Translations under genes and position numbers: made by a program
Shown: piece after piece, positions 36,495 to 46,129 of the stretch
Numbering within the stretch: the first letter of the stretch is position 1
Layout of the letters: every line of letters begins with the position of its first letter
IMG/VR virus record: IMGVR_UViG_3300025167_000006
Location: 34,277-98,276 of that record
Reading direction: 5' to 3' (one strand)
DNA: 64,000 bases
DNA from: a virus
Taxonomy: Duplodnaviria > Caudoviricetes
The notes under the pieces: generated by a model
What the model saw: only the letters and a program-made list of their open reading frames with translations
Told to the model about the DNA's origin: nothing
The model's database searches: none

Positions 36495-37361
36495 ATGAAC
36501 CCCCACCTCGCCGCCATGTACAACACGAACGGCTACGGAGAAGCAGTGCAAGCCGAGCAGACCAAGATCGCCCATGTGGACTTGTTCTGCAAGGCTGCAG
36601 CTGCCGAGGGCATCGACCTCTCGACGATGACCGAGGATGTGCGTGCTCAGCTCTTCGAGAACTTCTGCGAGAAGCTCGCCAGCGACGACAAGGATGCCGA
36701 CGACAAGGGCGGCGACAAGGACAAGGCTCCTCCGTTCATGAAGAAGGAGGACAAGGGAGAGAAGAAGGAAGAGAAGAAGGAGGACGACAAGGAAGCGAAG
36801 GAAGCGGCTGCTCGCGCCGAGTTCCTTGCGCAGGCTGAGTGGCAGCAGAAGACTGCCGAGGCCGACTTCCTCGGGCGCCAGATGGCGCACGCCTTCATGG
36901 CGGAGAAGAGCGAGATCGAGAAGGAAGCGAAGGCGTCGGTTGTCGCCAAGGCTGGTGAGGCTGCCCGTGCCGTGGGCAAGCGTCTTGGTGAGGGCGCCAA
37001 GAAGGTGGGTGAGACCGCCGACAAGAACAAGGGCAAGGCAGCTCTGGTCGGAGGTGGTGTGGCGGCTGGTGCCGTGGGCGCTGCGCTGGCCTCGCGGGCG
37101 AAGAAGGACAAGGAAAAGGACAAGAGTGCGAGCGCGCTCGACCTCGCGGCGGCCGAGCAGGGCGTCAAGATCGCGATGGAGTACGGCTACGACGGTGACC
37201 AGGCTACGGAGAGGCTGAACGCGGTTCTCACCCTCGGCCCGGCGGAGTCGGAGAAGATCGCGCACGCCAAGGGCGACTACGCCACGGCACTCAATCTTCG
37301 AGGACTCGAACTGCTCGAGGCGGCGGGGTACCCCATCGCGTGGGACGACATCCTCGGCTGA
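36495..37361 (+). CDS. Scaffold-like/internal head protein with KxA motifs
   Basis: AGGAG RBS and ATG 36495; charged K/E/D tract; KIA, KLAS, KEA, KTA, KSAS. Confidence 0.75.
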   Translation: MNPHLAAMYNTNGYGEAVQAEQTKIAHVDLFCKAAAAEGIDLSTMTEDVRAQLFENFCEKLASDDKDADDKGGDKDKAPPFMKKEDKGEKKEEKKEDDKEAKEAAARAEFLAQAEWQQKTAEADFLGRQMAHAFMAEKSEIEKEAKASVVAKAGEAARAVGKRLGEGAKKVGETADKNKGKAALVGGGVAAGAVGAALASRAKKDKEKDKSASALDLAAAEQGVKIAMEYGYDGDQATERLNAVLTLGPAESEKIAHAKGDYATALNLRGLELLEAAGYPIAWDDILG

Positions 37362-37373
37362 GCGGGAGAACAG

Positions 37374-39416
37374 GTGAGCTTGTGGCTGAAAGAGGCTGTA
37401 GCCGTGGGGTCAGGGGTTCCAGACCCTGTGGCACAGTCCAACATTTCGGCACCGGTCCCTCAGATCGGAATCGAGAACAAGCCCGCCCCAGGTCAAATAG
37501 GCCCTCGAGGCATGCACGGACGAACGACGTACTCTCGCGTGAACACCGGAACCCCTCCCACCCCCGATGCTGGCGCCGCTTCCCAGAAGTCTCAACCGCC
37601 TCGCGGGATGGAGTCTCTGAAGATGGCCCAAGCGGAGATCCCCATGACCTCTTCTACCTACATGCGGCAGCCTAGCCTCCAAGACCTGATCAAGGTCGCG
37701 ATGGAAGGGTCCGCGGCGAAGATCGACCTTTCGCTCGAAGCGGCTCTTCAAATGGCTAGCGATGGCCATACTCCACCCGCCGTTGTGAAGACAGCTGCGG
37801 CAGCGGAGACAATCGATTCCATCCCCACTGAGCTCACGTCGAAGCTCGCCTCGGCGATGTACTTCATGGCGAAGGAGCTGAACCCGAAGCTCGCGAACAT
37901 TGACCTCGCCGCGGGTTCTTCGAACGGGGTGGGCCCCGGATCTGGTCCGGGCGCACTTCCCGTGACTCCAGCGAAGGCCGACGGCGACGGGTCGCTGGAA
38001 GCCGGGCAGTCGGGCAAGGCCACTCCCGCGAATCAGCCGCCACTCAATCCGCCGATGCAGAGTGACCCAACGCGGCCTGGACCTTCGAACCAGCTGCAGA
38101 CCAACGACAAGATGCAGCATCCTTCGCAGCCGGTGGAGCCCATCGCCAACGAGAAGACCACGCTCACCAACGAGAACGTCAAGGCGAGCTCGGCCTACCT
38201 CACCAACTTGGTCGCCTGCGGGTTGGCCAAGGTGGCGATGGCCGAGGATGGGTCCGTGGTGGTTGTACCAGCGGACGGCGTGGAGAAGATTGCCCTCATC
38301 GGTGGCGCCATGGGTGCTGCAGAATCTCCGGCTGGTTACCGCATGCGTGGTGCTGGTGCCGGCGAAGCAGGAACTCAGCTTGGTGGGCTTGCCGGTGGCA
38401 TCGGTGGTGGTGCCATGGGTGCTGGCCTCGGCGGACTTGCCGGTGGTGCCATCGGAACCCTGGCTGGTGGTTTCGCCGGCGCTCCGCTAATAGGCGGCGG
38501 TCTCGGCGCGCTCACCGGTGCCAGCCTTGGTGCCACGGGCGGAGCCATCGGCGGCGGGCTTTACGGCCGACAGAAGGGGTACGAAGCGGCGATGCGGCCG
38601 TACCGCGAGATCAAGGACCTTCGTCAGCAAGCTGCTGCGCAGCAAGCGCCACAGGAAGAGATGCAGGTCACTGCGGCGGCGGCTCTCCCCTCTCCCGGTG
38701 CGCCCACTCCGGCCGTGGCTCCTCCGGGTCGCAACGCAGGTCGTATCGCGGGTGCCGTAGCCGGTATCCCGGCAGGTCCCGTGGGCATTCTCGCCGGTCG
38801 TTCCATTGGTGGTGCCATCGGTCAGCGCATGGGCGGCGGGGTCAAGCAGGCGTCCGCCGAAGACCTCTACGAGAAGAACCGGACGACGGTTGGTCTTCTC
38901 AAGGCGGCTGAGGATGCCATCAACCCGGCGCAGGTGTCGGCTGGCCGCACGCAGTTCGGCGCCACTCCTCCGCAGGGTGCGGCCCCGAGTGAAGAGGGTG
39001 TCCCCTCGGAGCCTTCGGACGTACAGGCGCAGAAGCGGAAGATGCTCGCCTCGAACGAGGCTGCCATCAACTTCACCCGGCGGGATGCCAAGGGCGACCC
39101 GAAGTCGGACCTGAAGGACATCCTGCACGAGCCAGCGCTCAACGCCGGCACTGACACGGTTCTTCAGCAGACGTTGTCTCACAACAACGAGGCGGGGTCC
39201 AAGATCTCGAGCGTGCTCAAGGCTCTCAAGGCCCCGGCTGCGAATGAGGAGCCTTCGAACAGTGTGAAGCTGGCTTCAGCCCGTGCCATCATCTCGAAGA
39301 TGGCGGCGGCCGATTGCGCCAGTGACAAGAAGACCAAGAAGGCGCAGATGGGAGTGACCCCACCGGCACCGACAGCGGCGATGAACGGGCAGCAAGCAGC
39401 CAAGACCAACGTCTGA
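37374..39416 (+). CDS. KxA-punctuated glycine-zipper virion protein
   Basis: 680 aa; more than 10 KxA motifs; long GGxxG tract after VEKIA. Confidence 0.75.
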   Translation: MSLWLKEAVAVGSGVPDPVAQSNISAPVPQIGIENKPAPGQIGPRGMHGRTTYSRVNTGTPPTPDAGAASQKSQPPRGMESLKMAQAEIPMTSSTYMRQPSLQDLIKVAMEGSAAKIDLSLEAALQMASDGHTPPAVVKTAAAAETIDSIPTELTSKLASAMYFMAKELNPKLANIDLAAGSSNGVGPGSGPGALPVTPAKADGDGSLEAGQSGKATPANQPPLNPPMQSDPTRPGPSNQLQTNDKMQHPSQPVEPIANEKTTLTNENVKASSAYLTNLVACGLAKVAMAEDGSVVVVPADGVEKIALIGGAMGAAESPAGYRMRGAGAGEAGTQLGGLAGGIGGGAMGAGLGGLAGGAIGTLAGGFAGAPLIGGGLGALTGASLGATGGAIGGGLYGRQKGYEAAMRPYREIKDLRQQAAAQQAPQEEMQVTAAAALPSPGAPTPAVAPPGRNAGRIAGAVAGIPAGPVGILAGRSIGGAIGQRMGGGVKQASAEDLYEKNRTTVGLLKAAEDAINPAQVSAGRTQFGATPPQGAAPSEEGVPSEPSDVQAQKRKMLASNEAAINFTRRDAKGDPKSDLKDILHEPALNAGTDTVLQQTLSHNNEAGSKISSVLKALKAPAANEEPSNSVKLASARAIISKMAAADCASDKKTKKAQMGVTPPAPTAAMNGQQAAKTNV

Positions 39417-39431
39417 CGGAAAGGCATCACG

Positions 39432-39803
39432 ATGAACCTGGATATGGAGAAGGCTGCAGCGGTGCTCGTTGACGCTGGGCATGCGCTGCAAAAGGTTGCT
39501 TCGGAGCGTGATGGGCTGGCTGTGAAGCTGGCGCAGGCCGAGGCGAACAACGCGCTACTTCTGAAGCGCATGGAGGCGGAGAAGATCGCCGCTGCCATGC
39601 ACGACAAGGGCGTCAACCTGGACACCAGCTTCGACAAGCTGGCCGCGGCGCTCGAGCAGGAGGACGACTCGCGGCTCGAGATCATCAAGGCCGCGCTGCA
39701 GATGCAACCGGGCGACATGATGAATGGCGCTCGGCTGTCCGACGGCATGGCATCGCAGTCCGGCTCAGACTTCGAGAACTTCATTCTGGGAACGGTCGGC
39801 TAA
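39432..39803 (+). CDS. Small coiled-coil scaffold-like protein
   Basis: 123 aa; five KxA motifs; two genes upstream of the capsid gene. Confidence 0.7.
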   Translation: MNLDMEKAAAVLVDAGHALQKVASERDGLAVKLAQAEANNALLLKRMEAEKIAAAMHDKGVNLDTSFDKLAAALEQEDDSRLEIIKAALQMQPGDMMNGARLSDGMASQSGSDFENFILGTVG

Positions 39804-39836
39804 CCCGGCTAGAACCGCAGCAACAGGAACAACATC

Positions 39837-40373
39837 ATGACCATCGAAATCGAGAACTTCCGACCAGTCGGAGATGTCCTGCCCGTGGTTCGCCGGGATA
39901 TTGGACTCGCAGACAAGACTCTCGCGAACCCCCGCAGCTTGACGTTCCTCGTGGACGGCGAGTGGATGACGGTGAACCAGTCGAACAAGCTGGAGCGCGC
40001 CGTCGACATCGCGGCTGCTGGCAACGCACCGGCGACCACCCCCAACGGCTACCTGAAGCGGCTGTACCCGCTGTGGGGGGAGTCTGGGCGGTACGACGTT
40101 CAGGCGATGTTCGAGCGGAAGTGCCCGCTGCTGTGGGCGAACCAGTGGGAGTTCGAGACCCGCATCTTCGACGCAGCGGCCGTCATCGGAGCCGGAGCTG
40201 CCATCACGGATGTTCACCAGCCGCTGAAGGTGGCGAGCATCAGCATCGACGGCAAGATCGTCAGCGGCCTCGTGGGCGCTGGTGCGGCCGACACGGTTCT
40301 GATCGTGGCGTACGTGGAGCGCCTACACACGAGCAACGGTGGTTGGCTCCGCATTCGCGGCGGCTTCGGCTGA
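39837..40373 (+). CDS. Probable capsid decoration/cement protein
   Basis: 178-aa beta-rich ORF immediately upstream of the capsid gene (positional inference). Confidence 0.5.
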   Translation: MTIEIENFRPVGDVLPVVRRDIGLADKTLANPRSLTFLVDGEWMTVNQSNKLERAVDIAAAGNAPATTPNGYLKRLYPLWGESGRYDVQAMFERKCPLLWANQWEFETRIFDAAAVIGAGAAITDVHQPLKVASISIDGKIVSGLVGAGAADTVLIVAYVERLHTSNGGWLRIRGGFG

Positions 40374-40424
40374 TCCGTTCGAGGCGGTACAATCAACTGA
40401 CGACGACGAGAAGAGGAGAACGAC

Positions 40425-41546
40425 ATGGCAAGCGGCCGACAGGTCAATGAGCTGTTCAACACTCGGCTGAGTGAGCCGGGTGGCAAGGAGAAGCTGGCGC
40501 AGTTCGGAGGGTCGTACATCCGCGACAAGCTCCGTGAGGTCTGCTACGTGCGCAAGCTGGTCCCGCCGGAGCAGGTGACGCGTGCAGACTGCCAGGTCAG
40601 CACGCGGCACGACACTCTGGTCAAGATCGTGAACGTCGAGCCCCGGAGCCGGGCGATGGCGCTTTCCTTCCGTGGCCAGCCCACGGCGCGGTTCATCCGC
40701 GGGCCGCGTGCCGAGGTGGCGTTCTTCACGATCTCCAGCGAGGTCTTCCAGAAGACCGAGCAGGAGCTCCTCGCCTACGATATGCCCATCACCAAGGTCA
40801 TCGAGGAGAACTCGGTGAAGGACATCCAGGAGATCGAGGACCGGGAGTTCACGTTCCACATCGAGGCGGCGTGCCAGGCGCTTCAGGCGGAAGCGAACGG
40901 CGTCGCTGCGGCGCCGATTCTCAACGCCACCTCGATCGGCGCGGGCGGCCTCGTGGAGTTCAGCGTTCGCAAGGGCGAGCTGGCGCGCGTGGCTCTCACG
41001 GATGACGCCGTGGTTCGTCCGCTGCAGAGGCGGGACATCGTCTCGGGGTTCAAGCTCCTGGACGGCAACCGGCTCCGCTGTGAGCGGTGGCTCGTAACCG
41101 AAGTGGACTGGGACGACCAGCTGTCTTGGACGGTGGAGGACCAGGGCGACCGCATCCAGTCGGAGACCACGGTCGACGGGTACAAGTACAACACCCTGCT
41201 GGGGCGCCCGTTCGTCCGCACGGTGAAGACAGACATCTTGCGCCCAGGCAACATGTACTTCTTCACGTCGCCCGAGTTCTTCGGCAAGTTCTACGTCCTG
41301 AACCAGACGAAGTTCTACATCGACAAGGTGGCGAACATGATCACCTTCCAGTCGTGGGAGGACATCGCCATGTCGGTGATCAACATCGCCGCGGTCCGGA
41401 AGGTCGAGCTCTACTCGGCGGACGCCACCGAGCACGACAACGAGGGTCTCCGTGCCAGCTTCATCCCGGTGGATGAGGAGGCTCTGGGCGCGGTGAACAA
41501 CCGAGTCGACCAGGGGCTGAAGTTCCCGCAGGTCGTCAGCAACTGA
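40425..41546 (+). CDS. Probable major capsid protein
   Basis: 373 aa; strong RBS (GAGGAG), strongly biased codon usage, follows protease and scaffold genes, followed by a terminator; DIQEIEDREF long-helix pattern typical of HK97-fold capsids. Confidence 0.75.
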   Translation: MASGRQVNELFNTRLSEPGGKEKLAQFGGSYIRDKLREVCYVRKLVPPEQVTRADCQVSTRHDTLVKIVNVEPRSRAMALSFRGQPTARFIRGPRAEVAFFTISSEVFQKTEQELLAYDMPITKVIEENSVKDIQEIEDREFTFHIEAACQALQAEANGVAAAPILNATSIGAGGLVEFSVRKGELARVALTDDAVVRPLQRRDIVSGFKLLDGNRLRCERWLVTEVDWDDQLSWTVEDQGDRIQSETTVDGYKYNTLLGRPFVRTVKTDILRPGNMYFFTSPEFFGKFYVLNQTKFYIDKVANMITFQSWEDIAMSVINIAAVRKVELYSADATEHDNEGLRASFIPVDEEALGAVNNRVDQGLKFPQVVSN

Positions 41547-41602
41547 TCTCCGGTTGCTTGATTACCAGGCTCGGCTGTCTCCGAGACTCGTCGGCCCGAA
41601 GA

Positions 41603-41634
41603 GGGCGCCGGCCCTGGGTGGCTGGTGCCCTTTT
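41603..41634 (+). terminator. Intrinsic terminator
   Basis: GGGCGCCGGCC-N6-GGCTGGTGCCC-TTTT. Confidence 0.8.
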
Positions 41635-41662
41635 CGTGTATCTGCGGTAGGATGTATCCACG

Positions 41663-42265
41663 ATGACCTACATCATTCACAACACCACACGTTCCCCCCA
41701 CACCCGGGCTACACGGTCCGCAAAAGCCGGCCCCATGAACAGCACCAAGAACCTGTTCATCGGAGGCTCCATTCGCGTCGTACGAGGGCAGCCAGTCGAA
41801 GTCAGCGAGAACTTTCTGCGGCGCAACTACGCACAGCTGCTGGACCTGGAGGTCAAGGGGCTGGTGGAGATAACGAACAACAGCCGTCGGCGCGTGCTCA
41901 TGAGCGACTTCGCCCCCGCGGTGGTTGCGGCCGCTCTGCCCGCAGCTCCTTCCGTTGCCCCCACGGGGACACCAGACCCAGCGGGAGGTGGAGAACCAGA
42001 GAAGAAGGAAGAGGAGAAGAAGGAAGAGCCGCCAGTTCCACCTGAGCCGACGGTCGAGGAGCCGGTGGTGGAACCCGTGGCAGAGCCAGCTCCGGAGGCA
42101 GTGCCCGAACCAGAGCTACCGCCTGTGGAAGAGGTGGTCGAATCCCCGATGTTGATCGAGGAGAACCCGTTCTTGGACGAGTTGGTTCCCGCGGAAGCGC
42201 CGGCTGACACCAAGGATGACCGCCCGTCGTTTCAGCGGTCGCACTCCAAGCACCGTAGGCACTGA
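41663..42265 (+). CDS. Hypothetical protein with Pro/Glu-rich tail
   Basis: 200 aa; TGATG-coupled to the next gene. Confidence 0.7.
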   Translation: MTYIIHNTTRSPHTRATRSAKAGPMNSTKNLFIGGSIRVVRGQPVEVSENFLRRNYAQLLDLEVKGLVEITNNSRRRVLMSDFAPAVVAAALPAAPSVAPTGTPDPAGGGEPEKKEEEKKEEPPVPPEPTVEEPVVEPVAEPAPEAVPEPELPPVEEVVESPMLIEENPFLDELVPAEAPADTKDDRPSFQRSHSKHRRH

Positions 42266-42771
42266 TGGCCGTTCTAGAAGGCGTTCAGGGGCTGAGCCCC
42301 GCGATGCAGGCGTTCGTTCAGACGGTACGCTTGTACACGCGTGACTTCGCGCAGCTCAACCGGCTCATAGCTGGTGAGGAGTCCAACGATCGCATCATTG
42401 CCTGGGCGGTGATGGATGCGATGGCGGACTTCAACGGGACGCCTCCATGGATTGGCAACTGGGACATCAGTACGTTTCTTGGGAAGAGCCAGCAAGCTCT
42501 TCTTCTTCGCATGACGGTCATCACGCTGCTCGAGTCGGTGGGTCTACTTCAGACGAGGAACCACATCAACTACTCGAACGGCGGCATCAACGTGGGTGTC
42601 AATGACAAGACCCCGTTGATCATGAACTGGCTGCAGTACTTCAAGAGCAGCACTGACCAGATGAAGCAAAAGGTCAAGGTGGCCGCGAACATCGAGGGTA
42701 TCCTCGGCCCCGGAAATGTTGGGGTGCACTCGGAACTCTTTGCCGTGAACGCGTCCTATCTCAGCTACTAG
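42265..42771 (+). CDS. Probable head-tail adaptor/neck protein
   Basis: 168 aa, helical, located after the capsid gene (positional inference). Confidence 0.5.
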   Translation: MAVLEGVQGLSPAMQAFVQTVRLYTRDFAQLNRLIAGEESNDRIIAWAVMDAMADFNGTPPWIGNWDISTFLGKSQQALLLRMTVITLLESVGLLQTRNHINYSNGGINVGVNDKTPLIMNWLQYFKSSTDQMKQKVKVAANIEGILGPGNVGVHSELFAVNASYLSY

Positions 42772-42781
42772 GGGCCAAAAG

Positions 42782-43228
42782 ATGTTGAAGATTCTACGGT
42801 TTGGCGACACGGACGCTGCAGAGCACACCCTCAACGGTGGCATCGTCAGCGGCAAGCAGATGAGCGGTAAGCTGCTGGGGCTGCATGGTCTCACACTCAT
42901 CTTCGGCACGCCTGCTGGGACGGTGACGTTCAACGACCCAACGGGGGAGGGGTTGTCCGTCGGGGACATCAAAGATCAGATCGTGGCTGTGCACGCAACG
43001 CTCACGGTGCAGTTCTACGAAGGGTCCTTGCGCATCCGGGACACGGACGTTTCGTCCGCGGTGGTGCTGGACAAGGATGGCACGGCCAATGCGTACTTTG
43101 GGTTCAGCAAGGCCAAGGACATCTCGGGGACCGTATACAACCCACCGGATGGGGCTGCCCCACGCCTGATCGACTTCAGTATCAGCCCCCGGATGGACGG
43201 CTTCGTTGCTGTGGTGGAGGTGACATGA
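42782..43228 (+). CDS. Virion protein carrying a sheath-insert-like module
   Basis: GLHGLTLIF...TVTFNDP...IKDQI resembles the sheath repeat GLNGLDLVV...TITFSDP...VVGQI. Confidence 0.6.
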   Translation: MLKILRFGDTDAAEHTLNGGIVSGKQMSGKLLGLHGLTLIFGTPAGTVTFNDPTGEGLSVGDIKDQIVAVHATLTVQFYEGSLRIRDTDVSSAVVLDKDGTANAYFGFSKAKDISGTVYNPPDGAAPRLIDFSISPRMDGFVAVVEVT

Positions 43229-44649
43229 GCTCACTAGAGAAGTTGCTGCTCGAGGCTCGTACCATCCCGCTGTCGGAGGCGAGTGAGTACTTCCTCGAGC
43301 TTCGTGAGTTTCCGAAGACGGCCGCAAAGGAGACGCCCACGGACGACGAGCTCAAGGAGACTGGTCGTCAGCGCGGGGTTTCTTCTACGGCAGCCGAACA
43401 TGAGCGGGACAAGTCTCGCCGTGGTGAGCGCACCGGAAAGGCTCTTGGGGCAATCGGTGGGCTGGCCGCTGGCGGAGCTCTTGGGCGCAGTCTCGTTGGG
43501 GGCCCGATGGGTGCATTGGGGGGAGCTGCCATTGGGGGGCTGGCTGGAAGAAGCCTTGGTGGGGAGCTGGGGACGGAGGTCGACATTGCTCGGTCTGCTT
43601 CTGCTGCATCTCCGGTGGATGCCGTACTGAAGACGGCGGCTGCCAGGATGGCTGCTTGGGTGAAGTCGGCTGCTGATGAACCAGCCTTGGCGCAGGGAGG
43701 TCCAGAGGCCCAGATGACGGCTCCGACGGACAAGCCAGAGCTCATGCCCGCGAACTACCTGCAGGCTGAGGCGATGGGGCAGGAGGCGCAGAACTCCAAT
43801 GAGGCCGACTACTTCAAGAGCAAGGCGCGGGATGCGGAGCAAGCTGTTCAGCAGGCTCAAGATCAAGCGCTTCAGATGTCGGCTGGCACGGAGCAGCTTC
43901 AAGCGGAGGCTGATAGCACTGCTCAGCGCATTCAGGCGTCTTTGCAGGAGGCGATGAAGGCCCGGGATGAGGCGCTGCAGCAGACGGAGATTGCCGCCAA
44001 TCTGCGGATGGCGATGCAGAAGCAGCGGCAGATGATGATGGAGGTGGCTTCGCAGGACCCGGCGGCGGACGCTGCGGGGGCTCTGGGTGGCTCTCTCGGC
44101 GGGGCTTTGCCCCCGGCACCGCCTGCTGAACCGCCGATGGAAGGGCAGGCGATGGCGCCGGAGGGCGGTGCTCCTGGGGCTGGGAAAGCCCCGGACCAGA
44201 AGACGGCTCCTGGGGCTTCGCCGCCGGCGGGGGCAAAAGACATGAACGCCCCGGCCGGGGGGCCTCCTGGACCACCCACCTCGACGGCGCACCCGGCCGG
44301 GGGCGTTCCTCCCATGGGGGAGAAGACGAGCTCGGTGAAGACCGCGTTCTACGGAGCCCTTGGCGGGGCAGCCCTCGGGGCAGCGGTTGGCGCTGGCTCG
44401 GTGGCTGTCGACCGCGGGAAGAACGTTGGTGAGATGCAGGAGCGTCTCAGCGAGCTGCAGCGAACAACTGATGGCAGCTACGCGCAGGCGGCGGCATCAG
44501 CTCGTCTGCAGAAGCAGATCGTGGACACGCAGATGGCGCAGCAGTTTCCCACGCAGGTAGCTGCTCGCCGTGCAGCAGGGACAGCTCTCAACTTTGGTCT
44601 GCGCGGTGCAGGCATCGAGGGGAGCATTCGTCGACTTGGGAGAGCGTGA
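43225..44649 (+). CDS. KxA-punctuated glycine-zipper/coiled-coil virion protein
   Basis: 474 aa; two glycine zippers, Q/A coiled coil, Pro-rich linker. Confidence 0.75.
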   Translation: MSSLEKLLLEARTIPLSEASEYFLELREFPKTAAKETPTDDELKETGRQRGVSSTAAEHERDKSRRGERTGKALGAIGGLAAGGALGRSLVGGPMGALGGAAIGGLAGRSLGGELGTEVDIARSASAASPVDAVLKTAAARMAAWVKSAADEPALAQGGPEAQMTAPTDKPELMPANYLQAEAMGQEAQNSNEADYFKSKARDAEQAVQQAQDQALQMSAGTEQLQAEADSTAQRIQASLQEAMKARDEALQQTEIAANLRMAMQKQRQMMMEVASQDPAADAAGALGGSLGGALPPAPPAEPPMEGQAMAPEGGAPGAGKAPDQKTAPGASPPAGAKDMNAPAGGPPGPPTSTAHPAGGVPPMGEKTSSVKTAFYGALGGAALGAAVGAGSVAVDRGKNVGEMQERLSELQRTTDGSYAQAAASARLQKQIVDTQMAQQFPTQVAARRAAGTALNFGLRGAGIEGSIRRLGRA

Positions 44650-45152
44650 TGTTGGACACCTTCCTGGACGTGTTGGCCGAGCGTGAGAAGACCGCCTCTT
44701 CAGTCGATGAGCTGACTGCGGTGATGAAGGACCTTCCGCTGGAGGAGATTCAGAAGATCGCCTCCGGGAAGATCAAGCTGTCGTACTACGACGGGGACCC
44801 GAAGTGGCTGACCCAGTTCGAGGGAACCCCGTTGTACAACCAGGCGGTTGCCCTGGAGAAGGAGCTGCTTCAAGCGGAGGCTGCAGAGCTGGAGAAGCGA
44901 ATCACGTCCGAGCGGGACGACACCTACGACCAGAAGGACAAGATCCGGCTAAAGAAGAAGCTGTTGGAGCTTCAGCTGGCCATGTCTCACGGAGGAAAGG
45001 CGGCAGAGGAGCCGGTGAAGGAACCCGGGGAGGATCACACAGAAGAATCCGCGGGTGAAATGAAGGAGCCTCCCACCACTGCAGAGCCTGTGAGCGAGAA
45101 GGCTGCCTCCGCGATGAGGAAGGCGGCTGCAGAGATCCTCCCAAAAGCCTGA
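44646..45152 (+). CDS. KxA-containing protein ending at a -1 slippery site
   Basis: 168 aa; EKTAS, QKIAS; ends C CCA AAA GCC TGA. Confidence 0.75.
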   Translation: MMLDTFLDVLAEREKTASSVDELTAVMKDLPLEEIQKIASGKIKLSYYDGDPKWLTQFEGTPLYNQAVALEKELLQAEAAELEKRITSERDDTYDQKDKIRLKKKLLELQLAMSHGGKAAEEPVKEPGEDHTEESAGEMKEPPTTAEPVSEKAASAMRKAAAEILPKA

Positions 45153-45188
45153 AGCTCGCCGCCGTCTCAGGAGTAGCGGGTGGCGAGC
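45140..45188 (+). other. Programmed -1 ribosomal frameshift signal
   Basis: Heptamer CCCAAAA, 7-nt spacer, 10-bp stem GCTCGCCGCC/GGTGGCGAGC. Confidence 0.75.
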
Positions 45189-46129
45189 AGGCAGTAGCCC
45201 AGCTCGTACAGCAGCAGTCTTCCATGCAGGCTAACAAGCCTGCGCCCAAGCCTTCTGCGTTGAGCTCGAACGCCGTGAACGCTGAGAAGGTAGCGAAGAC
45301 ACCAGATATGTGGGAGGCCAGTGAGCTCCTTCCTATGGAAGGAAGTATCACGCCGGAACAGCTGTCGGCTGCAGAGAGGGCGTTTCGTCTTAGTGCTCAG
45401 CAGGTGCAGGAGTCGAAGGCGCGTTCCGCAGACTATGCGGAGAAGCATCCGTTTCTTTACAGAGCCCCTAATGCTCTAGCTCTTGGCATACCTGGTGGAA
45501 TCGCTGGTGGGGTGATTGGTAGAGGAGCAGGGATGTTCTTAGGTAAGCCGGGCATTGGCACCGCGCTTGGAGCGGGTGTCGGAGCAGGCGCAGGAGCTAT
45601 TACAGGAGCTCTTGCTAGCCCCACTGCTGGTAAGCTTCGTCAGGACGCGGAGGGTATTGGGTCCTCTCTTAGATCTTTGTCTTCTGATGACGTACAGAGT
45701 GGTCTGCAAGACGCGAACAAGTGGTGGCGAGGAGAAAAGGTGGCCTTCCTTCAGAAGGTGGCCCTTCTCCCTGTTCTTCTTCCAGCTGCAGCCGGTGGAC
45801 TGGCTGGGTATCGCCAAGGGGGGCTGGAGGGTGCCCGGCAAGGTGCAATCGGGGCTACCAAGGGGGCCCTGAAGGGCGGAGCCTACGAGACCGGTGTTGG
45901 GGCTGCAGGTGGCGCCGCGGGAGGCGCACTGTTCGGCGGAGTAGGTGCAGCCCCAGGTGCCGCCATGGGAGGTGCGACGGGGATGCTCACTGGCGTCATC
46001 GGCGGCGGGATGAAGGGCTACAAGGAGCAGATGGAAAAGATGCGATCGGAGTCTGCTGAGACAGGAGCTCCGATGCCCAACACTCCGCCCATTGCATCAG
46101 CTGGTGCGAGGATGGCTGCCGTCCGATGA
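45146..46129 (+). CDS. Glycine-zipper protein, probably the frameshift extension of the 44646 gene
   Basis: -1 frame open from 45059; no SD before ATG 45224; reads SLKLAAVSG... into two glycine zippers. Confidence 0.65.
   Translation, partial: SLKLAAVSGVAGGEQAVAQLVQQQSSMQANKPAPKPSALSSNAVNAEKVAKTPDMWEASELLPMEGSITPEQLSAAERAFRLSAQQVQESKARSADYAEKHPFLYRAPNALALGIPGGIAGGVIGRGAGMFLGKPGIGTALGAGVGAGAGAITGALASPTAGKLRQDAEGIGSSLRSLSSDDVQSGLQDANKWWRGEKVAFLQKVALLPVLLPAAAGGLAGYRQGGLEGARQGAIGATKGALKGGAYETGVGAAGGAAGGALFGGVGAAPGAAMGGATGMLTGVIGGGMKGYKEQMEKMRSESAETGAPMPNTPPIASAGARMAAVR

Noticed and set aside
44646-46129. Tail assembly chaperone (lambda G/GT-type) interpretation of the frameshift
   Set aside because: It is not between tube and tape-measure genes, and the products carry head-type KxA motifs and glycine zippers.
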